DNA of 64,000 nt from Camelus ferus. Taxonomy: Eukaryota. Location: the NCBI RefSeq assembly GCF_009834535.1, contig NC_045707.1:56980001-57044000 (forward strand), given 5' to 3'. The translations under genes were made by a program, and so were the position numbers. The notes under the pieces were generated by a model that had not been told where the DNA came from, searched no databases, and saw only the letters and a list, made by a program, of their open reading frames with translations. The first letter of the stretch is position 1. Each line of letters begins with the position of its first letter. Shown here one piece after another: positions 53,489 to 64,000 of this stretch.

Positions 53489-55241
53489 GTTAAATATTTA
53501 TTTTAAGTCTTTGATGGTGTTAAGTAAATACACTTTCATTCTGGATAGAATTTTTATACTGTGAGAATTTTTAAAAACCAGCATTTGTATTAGTTTCAAG
53601 TGTGACACGTGACATACTTTTAAAACAAAATTTCAAGTGTAACATATGATGTATTTTTAAAACTATAACTGACGTGAAGCTTCTACCACATGCTAGAAGT
53701 TGAATTCAGCATGTCCCAAGATTTTACTCACATAACCTTATGAATTGAGTACTATTTTTGTACTAATTTCAGATATGAAAAGATTGAAGCTCAGAAATTG
53801 TAAGTGTTCAACATTACACAGCCAGCAATGTGATAGAGTCAAAACTTGAGCCTGTATTGGTGTCATTTCAAATCCCGTGGTTTTATCCATTATGCCATAA
53901 TTCCAAACAAATGGACTTCTGGTTTGCTTGAGCACTTAAGCAATGGCATTCATAATTGTTAATTACAATTAAGTAAATATTTAAATAATAATTACTATTT
54001 TAATAACACTTTGAGGAAATTGAGAAGTGTCTGTAGAGAACTGTCCATGATAAAATGCAGTGCCAGCCTTTCATTCAGTCAATGACTTAAAATCTATAAG
54101 CTATGTGTGTTGAGTAAGTTTATGGTTGCATTTCATAGAGAGGTAATATTGTTCCTTTATGTCCTAAGTATAGTTTGTTATCCTCAATCTCTTTTATGTG
54201 TCCAAAATACTAGGTAACCTACGTGTCCTTATTTGTACAGGTTCTTGACACCCTTTGTGTTTTAATTGGCACCTACATGTCATGTACAGATTAAACCCTC
54301 ATTGTAGGCCTTTAATGTTTTTTGAATGGATAAGTAAATAAATGAACAATGAAGAATGAATAGCAACAAAGAAATCTTTCTCATTTGTATGTGACAAATA
54401 AATCAGGGCGCTTAACACTAAAACAATTTGTAACACGACTGCTTATTCAGATCCTCAAATCTTAAATAAACACTCAGGGAAATATCATGTAGTCCCACCA
54501 GAAGTCATTTTATATCATCACGAATATGAAAACCAATTTTTTACAAAGCAGAAAACTCTAGGGCCTCTCTCTTACTCTAAACCGTCTCCTACTTTCAGGT
54601 CACAGCTTGAAAAACACTGTTATTCAAGACTTTCATTCCCATGGAGGATTTATTATACTATTTTAAAAAATATACTCATGAAAATTAGTATGCCTTGGGC
54701 TTAAGAAATCAATGAGGCATTTAAGTGACCAGAGCAGTGGAGGTGAAATTAAATTGCTTTGCAATATTTCTATTAATACCTTGTTAGAATATTGGGGAAA
54801 GAATTCTTGTGTAATTTGTTGTGTGATAATATTTGTAGTCTCAGCCTATAATAAAAAAGTCTAGGTAAGACTAATTAGTACAAGAGATGGAAATGCTTAA
54901 GTACAAGTGAATAGAGAGTGTTACATTTAGAAATGAGGAAACATGTTACAGACATAGATGCTTTAAAGTAATTGCTAGCTTGAATTGAGGTTGAACTAAA
55001 AAATCATGCAGAAGTTTATCATCTTTATTCCTTTCAAAATCTCGATGTTTATGCTGAAAATTAGTACCTGCCATTATTTAAGATATCAAGAAACTATTTC
55101 ATTGAAGTGACAAATGAAAATGTTAATAATCAGTTGTACTTTTGCCAGGCAAGCTATGTGTGCTTTTAATTTTTATTTTCAGAATAGTGCTTTGATAATA
55201 AGCAATATGATAAATACTGTAATTGTTCATTTACCATCCAG

Positions 55242-55462
55242 GTGAAATCTCTTGGGGATCATGAGTGGAACAGAACTCAGCAAATGGGAGTGCTAAGCAG
55301 CCACCCTTTTGAAAGTGACACAGAAATGTCTGACATTGACGATGATGACAGAGAAACGATCTTTAGCTCAATGGATCTTCTCTCTCCAAGTGGTCATTCT
55401 GATGCCCAGACTCTCGCCATGATGCTTCAAGAACAACTGGATGCCATCAACAAAGAAATCAG
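55242..55462 (+). CDS. PPFIA2: PPFIA2 coding exon (221 nt, 0-2): VKSLGDHEWNRTQQMG...MMLQEQLDAINKEI(R)
   Basis: ttaccatccag|GTGAAA ... ATCAG|gtgagt; ORF 55242..55466. Confidence 0.97.
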
Positions 55463-56289
55463 GTGAGTTCAGTTATCGCTGATGGTCCCAAGGGTTTCGA
55501 AGAGCTTGATTCTAAAAGTGTGATCATCAGATCAGAAGCATTGGTGTCATCAGTGGGGCTTACCAGAACTGCAGAATCACTCCACACTTCACCCCACAGC
55601 TACAGAATCAGAATATTGTCACAGATTTCCAGGATAAAATTAGGACAGCCTTTGTAAGAAACATACATGAAAAAGGTACAGACTAATGATTGATATTAGA
55701 GAAATATGAAAGAATGAGGTAAAGGAAGTAGCTGATGAATTTTAAAGCTCTTTTAAAATAAAAATTTACTGTTTAAATGATATTTGTGGTGATAAGGTAC
55801 ATACCTAACGTAATTTAACCCTGCAGTAAAAGTACTAAATAATATGCAAATTAATGTGCTGCCAGCTCCTAAAAAGTATTTAAACCTTGTAGTGAAATTA
55901 ACTATGACTGAATTATTTCATTGTAGATATGAAAAAATATATTATCACCATACATACTAGATGGTGGATAATAGATGGTTTCCAAAGAATAGTTAACATT
56001 ATAGAGTTGAAATTGTATAACTTAATATTTCAAACTTTGAGTGTTGTCACTATGATGATTTCAATTTGAATTTAATACTTTCATGAATCCCAATGATATT
56101 AATAGTCTTTATCTGTCATTAATTTGGCTAATACCATTGAGGAACCCAACTGAGTCAGGTGGATTTACTTTCTTTAGAACATCAAGAAACTGTTTTCAAC
56201 TTTCCTTTTTTTTAAAACTGATGAAAAGTTTTTTACTATTCTGAACACCCCTATTATTTTTTCTGGCCCTCGCTAAATCTGTTGGCCTC

Positions 56290-56890
56290 TTAATATGATT
56301 CAGATTACCTAGTTCCTTGCTATCATCACCCTATTGCATATTACAATTTTTTCTCAAATGGATGACCATAATAGTTTCTATTTGGTCTCTTTGTAGTACA
56401 TGGACTCCCCATCTAGTCCAAACTAACATCACAGTCAGAGCAGACTTTCCAAAACCCAAGTGTGCTGATATAATTTCCCTGTTTCAAACACATCAGTTGC
56501 TCTTTAGATAAAGAACAAAGTCCTTCATGTGGTCCACAATGCCCCACCTCGTCAACATTCTCTTCCCCTTCACTTGCAGACTCAGTGTCCCATTACATGT
56601 GACTTCCAGTTCTCCCAATACCCATGCTCTCTCCTTTGCTCTTGCTGTTCCTTTCTTCTGGAATATTCTCCTTAGTCCACACACTTCCCCACCTTTACTC
56701 TTACCCACCACGAACAGCTCTGCCAGTCGCTTCTTCAGTTCATTTTACTGTCGTCCTTCAGTCCTTCAGTTCTTTACCTTCACTAGATCATTAGAGAGAA
56801 ACGTTATCTGGTTTTGCTTATGGTTTTAATTCCAAATCTTAGCATTTTGCTTGATAAACAGAAAGTGCTTCACAAATATTTGATTACTGT
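56290..56890 (+). mobile_element. L2 3' relic
   Basis: cagtcagagcagactttccaaaaccc...tgctcttgctgttcctttcttctggaat...gtgcttcacaaatatttgatt. Confidence 0.6.
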
Positions 56891-58110
56891 ATACATATTA
56901 AAAATAACATAGAACATCTTTTCCAACTAAAGAACACTTTCTAATGCTGTGAAGATAATTGTTAAACTCATTGAATGGATTTGAAATCAAGTGTGTATCT
57001 CGGTGATATTTATTTTCACCAAAAGCATATACACACACCCTCCAGAACAACCTACATCTCCCCAGGGGCTCTTAGCTTTGTGACATTAGGGTGGTGATTC
57101 CCAGTCACAATCTTGGCCTAGACTGACCGATACTCAGATAATGTGTTCAAACTAATGTCCTTCAGTATGTTTCCTCCCTGTCTCCCATAATGTATTTAAT
57201 ATGGCTGATTTGTAAAATATTAAGAAGTACATGAAATTTGAGTACATACTCACTGCTCAAAAAAAAAAAAAAAAAAAGCACCTTGTTAAAAAGCTGTGGT
57301 GATCTGCTAACACCAACCAGAATTTACCTCTGGGTAAGATTGTTCTTTTTTTTCTCATGAACAAATTTAACTGTTAAAACAATGCCTCTTCTCTGGCTTC
57401 TTCACAGTTCACTGATGCACATTACTTCAAGCTCATTTGCCACCACAATGTTTATTCATCTGTTCATCTATAGTTAGCTACTGTTTTGCCTGCCTTATTT
57501 TTGTAGTTTTATTTGTCCTTTCATCCTTCTCTGTGATTCCTAAGGGAATTCCTTCTTAACACAGTAGGACTAAAAGGAACATGTTTTGTTGCTATTTTCT
57601 TTGCCTTCCATGTTAACATCAGGATCCTACAAATCAACGGGTAGTCAGTTATTTTTACAAAAAAAAAAAAAAAAAACCTGAACATCTAGGTAGCATTGGA
57701 TTTATTATTTGATTAGACTCCAATCTACCATTTACTCAAGTAGTTCCTCTAGGTTTGACTTCCCTTTACAATTAATAGAATACTTAGAGTTAATAACCAC
57801 GTGTTTTTGTTTTTGTTTTTTGTACAGCAGAGCTATGTTGCCTCTCAACAGAATGTTTTTCTGAAGGAGTCATTTCCCACTAATCATTTTAAAAGTACAA
57901 AATTATTTTTTTTTGAAAGAGGAGGCAGTTTTTCCATTGGAATGTGTTTTAAAACATTAATGATGTTGTGCTGTTACTTGATTAAATCATCCTTGGGATT
58001 CTGATCTTTGGTAAAGTTAAAATGCACCCATGAAAATAAACTTCAAAGAACAATTCATATTCTTTGTGAAAGTGAAAAATTATAATTAAGAATAGATATG
58101 CCTCTTAGTA

Positions 58111-58872
58111 TTTTTATTGACCTTGTTTTTTATAGTAGTTTAAGGTTAACAGCAAAATTGAGGGAAAGTACATAGATTTCCCATATTCCTCTTGGCTCCG
58201 AACATGTATATAGCCTCCCCCGCCATCAACATCCTTCACCAGAATGGTATATTTGTTACAACTGAGGAACTTACATTGACACATCATATCACTCAAAGCA
58301 ATAGTTTACATTATGGTTCACTCTTGGTGTTGTACATTCTATGAGTTTATAAAATGTATTATGATATGTATTTATCATTATGATATCATACAAAGTATTT
58401 TCACTGCCCTAAAAATTCTCTGCACTCTGCCTATTCATCCCTCTCCCCTTCCCCAACAGTGACAACCACTGATCTTTTTACTTTCTCCATGGTTTTGCCT
58501 TTTCTAGAGTGTCATATAGTTGGAATAATACAACACATAGCCTCTTTAGATTGGCTTATCTCATTTAGTCATATGCACTTAACATTCCTCCATGTCTTTT
58601 CATGGCTTGGTAGCACATTTCTTTTTAACGCTGAATATGATTCCATTGTCTAAATGCTCCAGTTTATTTATCTGTTCATCTAGTGAAGGACATCTTGGTT
58701 GTTTCCAAGTTTGGGCAATTATGGATCAGGTTGCTCTAAACATCCGTGTGCAGGTTTTTGTGTGGGCATATGCTTTCAACTCCTTTGGTTAAATACCAAG
58801 GAGCACAGTTACTAGATTATATAGAAAGAATATGTTTAGGTTTATAAGAAACTTCCACATTTTTCCAAAGTA
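58111..58872 (-). mobile_element. L1MC/MD-type 3' fragment
   Basis: acagcaaaattgagggaaagtacatagatttcccata...gaaggacatcttggttgtttccaagtttgggcaattatg. Confidence 0.85.
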
Positions 58873-59772
58873 AATATGTAAAAAGAAAACTTTGCAGGGA
58901 TCCTTGAAGTTAGCGTTATATATCATAAGAAATCACAGTAAGTCGTTTGTAGTTAAGAGGAAAATATCTCAAGATATTTCTAACCCCCATTTTTCAAACA
59001 AACTGTACTGATACACAGTTTTATTGTAACAGTATGCAAAATGTGTATAGGTTCAACTCAAAGAGGATCTTTAAGCAACCAAGCGAAAGTTCTTTACTCT
59101 TTGTGTCTTTGTAATAACTAATTTATACATATTCTTGAAGCTTCTCCCCATTTAAAAAAAAAAAGAGTAATAGTGCTTTGTCTTCTCAAAAGCACTTATA
59201 TCAACATTATTTTTTTTAAGTTTAGACTATCTATCATCTCCACATTATTAAATTGCTTGGTGCTTATTTAAAGGCACCTTAGCTAAATTGGCATTGATGA
59301 TGAAAAAGATTCAGGGTTTTATTTGGCCAAATGATAATTATGAATGAGCATTTATCAAGGATTCTATCAATTATACATTTTCATGGGTAGGAAGTATGAT
59401 TCAATGATTTTGTTGAGATTTGAGTTTCTAAAAGTCTCATTGACTGGTTCCTGGATTTAAATATAGGATTAGGATTCGTGGCAGAAATTAACTAGACAGG
59501 CAAGGTTTTAAAAGAGTTTTAATGGTGGGTAATATAGAAAAGAGGTCAACCTGCAAGTGGGGAGGAATTATATATCATTTGAAAAGAAGGATTTTCTAAA
59601 TTTCAGCCAAGAAGCCTCTGGAATTTATTGAAAGTTATAATACCTAGAGAAAAAAAAAGAAAATATTAGATTTGATGTAAAATGTTTGCAAAACATTTAT
59701 TTATTTATTTTGTGATTTCCAATTAACATTATAACAGTGTATAATGTATCAAAATTAAACTGTATCTTTCAG

Positions 59773-60010
59773 GCTAATTCAGGAAGAAAAAGAATCTACA
59801 GAATTACGTGCTGAAGAAATTGAGAATAGAGTGGCTAGTGTGAGTCTGGAAGGCCTGAATTTAGCGAGGGTCCACCCAGGTACCTCCATCACTGCCTCGG
59901 TTACAGCTTCTTCGCTGGCCAGTTCATCTCCCCCGAGTGGACACTCAACGCCAAAGCTCACCCCTCGAAGTCCTGCCCGGGAAATGGATCGGATGGGAGT
60001 CATGACACTG
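59773..60010 (+). CDS. PPFIA2: PPFIA2 coding exon (238 nt, 2-0): (R)[22 protein letters not shown]...[11 protein letters not shown]
   Basis: gtatctttcag|GCTAATT ... ACACTG|gtatga; overlaps ORF 59831..60016. Confidence 0.97.
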
Positions 60011-61181
60011 GTATGATATGTCCAGCGACCCGTTGCCCCCATTAGTTTTAATACTACATTCCCTAAAATGTGTTGGATGTTTATTCTAGTCTAAAAGCTT
60101 TCTGTGTGTTTTGTTTTCTTTTTTTCTCAACAACCCTGTGCGGTGGGTACAAATAATAATCGCGCTATGAGATGAGGAAATGTAGCCTACATAGGTAGAA
60201 CTTCCCAAGGTCACGTAATAAATAAAAGAGCAGATCTAAATATCACGTCAGAAATCTCACTTACCTAAACCATTAAGCACGTTTTTACTGATGATATCTT
60301 GATGAAATAAATTTGGACTGGACTTTTTTAACACAAATGAAATATAAGAAGTATCTATAATAATTGCTTCAACATATCAATGCAGAATGGTATAATTTTA
60401 TAATATACATAATATAATTTTAGAAGAAGAGCTATCAACAACAGTAGCAATTTCCCAGTCGTGTTTTGTAATTTCATGTCAACATTTTCATCCTTCTTTA
60501 TTCTTTATTTTATTTATCTTCATTTGGGGTTAAAAGTTGGAAATCTAAATTAAGAAGTACCCTTAATATAATAGAGAAAAAAATCAAAGTGCTCCTTGCT
60601 AAAAAATTAATATAGAAAAACTTCTAGAAAATATGTGTGAGATGACTACTGAATGCTATAATGTTTAGTTATTTGATTCTCATGATAACACTTGAAAATC
60701 TTAGGGCATTATCTCAGTAGAGAGCAGAGGTAACTGAAATGTTGAAAGTATAAGTTAATTGTCCATGTTCAACACAGCTAATAAAGTGGAACTGGATTTT
60801 TCTTCAAATTCACTAACTGAAAAGCATATACTATTCTGGGGCTTTTTTTTTTCTGTGATTACTTGGAAATATGTTGAAATGACAACAGTAATGAAGGTTT
60901 AAATATTCTAAACTGTTATGGAGGTAAAATTCTATGTTTTTGTAATGAGTATTAAAACTATTATTATTAAAACTAAAATTCCAATTAAAAATAAAAGTTT
61001 AGGGATAGAGATTAATTAAATTTAAAATAGGTCAAACAATACTTTATACACTAAAAAATCTAGCACAAATATAACAAATGGAAGGGAAATTAGTAATACT
61101 ATAGTGGAGTATGAAGTGTATATAGTGTTTCTGGTCAGGAGGCTGTGAAGCTGTTATAAAAAGTGTCACAAAGCCTACATC

Positions 61182-61214
<33 letters not shown>

Positions 61215-61249
61215 GTGTATGCATATGTGTGTGTGTGAGAGAGAGAGAG
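61182..61249. repeat. (TG)n-(GA)n compound microsatellite
   Basis: Directly visible. Confidence 0.92.
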
Positions 61250-61715
61250 ATATCAAACAGCATATCTGCCCAAAGGAGGCCCAGGGCCCTGCATAGATGA
61301 TTTAAAAGAAAGTGTTTATAAACTATATACACATGCATTGGATCTTCATTTACACATGATCTTCTTCACTCCTGTCTATATATTCTTAGGAGGATATATT
61401 ATAGTCCCATATGTATCTCTGGCTCCCTCACTCCTTATGAGCTCTGTATTCCTTAAGATCCATGTTTCACATCTCATGTACACATGATCCCATCATTAAG
61501 ACCTGCCCCAACCCATGCCATCTAGAAAGTTTCCTCTCTAAAATAACTCCCTGGAGGAATGCTTTTACAATGGTTAAAAGACATTTACTTAGAAAATAAT
61601 GGAGTGGAAAAAAAGAGAAAGTTACATTATAGATACTATTTAAACTTGTAAAATGGTCAAACGGTAATCATTAATTAGTTCTGTTTTATGTTGCTTTTAT
61701 TACTGCCAATCACAG

Positions 61716-61745
61716 CCAAGTGATCTAAGGAAACATCGGAGAAAG
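61716..61745 (+). CDS. PPFIA2: PPFIA2 microexon (30 nt, 0-0): PSDLRKHRRK
   Basis: tactgccaatcacag|CCAAGT...AGAAAG|gtactg; follows ...GVMTL in recalled liprin-alpha-2. Confidence 0.93.
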
Positions 61746-61987
61746 GTACTGTACATTTCTTTTACATGATTATTAATTGAATATTGTTTTCTCTATGAAA
61801 GCTTTAAAAGTGTATTTCCTCTAACTGAAGCATTGTGTTAACATAAAAAAGAATTTAAGTGTTTTTGAATTGTTTAAATATGATCGTAAGAGCTACTGTC
61901 TCAAAATAAAATTGTTTTTGCTTTCTAGATTAATGATTAGACTATGGGGACTAAATGTCCTGATTTTCCACAAAATTCTTAGACCTC

Positions 61988-62565
61988 TGTTGGTAGAATT
62001 AATTTACTGTCAATACATGAACAATGCTGCTTGTTTTAAAATGTAGGTTTTACCACTGTTCAGATATGTGAGACCAACAGATCAAGAAACAACTGCTAAC
62101 TAAACCATACCTTTTACTCATGCTTCCCAAAAGGAGGGGCATGCCATGCTAGGCCAGGCCAAGGGGAAGAACCAGGGTGGGTCAGGAGGCAGAAAGAGTA
62201 AGGGAAAAGCATGGGTGGGAATCTTTTTTGTTGTGGGAAAGAAAAGGCTTGGTAAACACTTAAGATTAGCTAGTTCGAACAATTTTAGTGGGTCCTAGTA
62301 TATAGGGGCTTTCTGTAGTTGTCTGATACCTGGCCTGGAATGATTAAGGCAGAGGAATATTGCCTCCTGGAGTGCTGAGAGCCAGATAGAGAAGACGGTT
62401 TGAAGTACTTGTCCAGACTGGTTGCTTTGCACATGGAAGGCACACTCAAGGAAAGTAGTGTGCTACCTCTATGAATTAGCTAGCTATTGGAGGGGCATTA
62501 TCGCCTGTGTTTCCATGGCCCCAGGTGCCACAGCATCAAAAATACAGAAAATATAATTAATATAC
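61988..62565. mobile_element. Solo ERVL LTR, MER76-like
   Basis: tgttggtagaattaatttactgtc...gaccaacagatcaag...ggtcaggaggcag...gattagctagttcgaacaatttt. Confidence 0.65.
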
Positions 62566-64000
62566 TGCTTTTCCTGCCTGGAATTAAGCCAAGAGAACAA
62601 ATACTGGATATGGGAAACAAAATGGACTGCAATTCTGATTCACAAAATGACATGTTAGATAATTGAGAACTGCAGAGCTCAGACTCATGGGATATCAGAT
62701 GGGAAAGATTTCAAAGATTCAACCTACTATCCAATGCATCAGTCCATTTTTCAGCATCTTCAAAATGTGGTAGTCAGCCTATGCCCAACTTCTGGAATGA
62801 GAGAATATTTTCTTTATAAATTAAGGGAATTCATATTATGCCTACATGACCTAGATCATTTAAATTTTCTTTTTCTTTCCCTGAGCCACCGTCTATCTTC
62901 TTTTAGTATCTTCCTGACACTACTAGTTAGTTCTCAACTGTCAAATTTACCATGTATAATGTTGTTATTATTTGTCTTTGACTTCCTCCACCACTTAAAA
63001 GGATTAGACTTGGAATATAGAAATAAATCTGAGTAGATGATGTAAAAGTATTTCAGTGAGTGTAAGAAAAAAAATCAAAAAGAAAAGTCCTGTGCAGAAA
63101 TATAGCCTTAGGTAATTAAGGGAGTAAATAGATGATTGGTAAGAAAGGTAGGTCACGGAAAGATCACAAACTAAAATTTGTTGTATATCAGGGTAAGGAG
63201 TTACATGCATGATTTTACTTGCACTTCAAAAGAACACATTAAACTAAGCATTATCACTTCCATTTTACTGTTGAGGAAATTTAATCTTAGATCAGGTAAG
63301 TAATTAGCACGTATTGTTCAACAAATAAAAGAAGCCAGGATTCACATCCATCTCTGATTCCAAAGTCTTTCTCCTCTACTTTGTTTATATAGGGTGAGCT
63401 CTAAGAAATGGTTCAGAGAAATGGTTTGTGTATGATTTTTTTAAAGAGCCGTTGTTTTGAAAGTTGGCCTAATATGACTGGCAGTGTGGAGACAGGAGGG
63501 CATTTTAGAAGAGGGTGTTTCAGGAAAAAAAAAATCTGGAAACAGAAGTAATTGAGCCTAGCAGAAACAATTGTGGAAAACAATCATGGTTAGATCATGG
63601 AACTGTGAAAATATAAGTACATATTAGGAAGAGTTACAAACACACTTTATGAATTTAGATAAGATGTGAGCTTAGAAGGGGTTTTCCATAGTGTTGACCT
63701 GCTGAAAGCAGTTCTTGAAAAATATTCTTCTGGTGGCATTATGCTAATTGAAATGGAGAGAGAAGATCCTATTAAGATGCCTGCATAAGATTTTAAAAGT
63801 AATCTAAGCTGGAATGACAAGAGCCCAGAAAAACAATTTCATTAAGTTTCTTCAAGGCGTGAAGTCTTTATCATATATAAACACATTTATGCCAAACAGC
63901 TTAATATAGAAGCACACAAGAAGCTGTGAAAACGTAAGACGAGAACACAGCTTAAAATTTTTAGCTATAACCATATAACTTTTCTATAACCATAGAACTT

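Larger units (their letters stand above)
1..64000 (+). other. PPFIA2: Internal portion of the liprin-alpha-2 gene (12 in-frame coding exons plus introns); gene extends beyond both window ends
   Basis: All exons have AG/GT boundaries and compatible phases. The joined translation (539 aa) matches recalled liprin-alpha-2 sequence, including alpha-2-type segments such as RLSNGSIDSTD, KSLGDHEWNRTQQ and [13 protein letters not shown]. Confidence 0.97.

Noticed and set aside
55165..55241. Upstream alternative acceptor ttttattttcag (55182)
   Set aside because: Would add 59 nt and frameshift into a stop; no other evidence of use.
59779..60042. Antisense 87-aa ORF
   Set aside because: Shadow of the GC-richer PPFIA2 exon.
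1..64000. Novel prokaryotic-type system, CRISPR array, or independent protein-coding gene
   Set aside because: No repeat-spacer periodicity, operon structure or long ORF (longest is 129 aa). The sequence is explained by PPFIA2 exons, introns and mammalian repeats.

Overview
AT-rich, CpG-poor mammalian genomic DNA lying entirely inside the neuronal scaffold gene PPFIA2 (liprin-alpha-2), + strand. Twelve GT-AG coding exons (9950-61745; 1617 nt, 539 aa) splice in frame from IVALREQ... to ...PSDLRKHRRK, covering the coiled-coil region and the Ser/Pro-rich linker. The gene start and the C-terminal SAM-domain exons lie outside the window. Introns carry ancient eutherian repeats (L2, MIR, L1M, MaLR/ERVL LTRs, MER58A, a Tigger-like element) and younger L1 3' ends. 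The style of those L1 ends and the absence of Alu/B1/Bov/PRE SINEs suggest a camelid-like artiodactyl (inference). There is no prokaryotic system, CRISPR array or intact novel ORF. The most interesting signals cluster in one 5.4-kb intron (37171-42549): an in-frame 87-nt cassette exon with internal ATGs and RBFOX/QKI motifs, an RFX/NFI/SOX motif cluster, and a CAG|GTACTG site resembling a recursive/poison exon. Also notable: a perfect 20-bp X-box palindrome, a 30-nt basic microexon, a candidate L1 3' transduction and two twin-primed L1 insertions. Gene and repeat family names come from recalled sequences, not from a database search.
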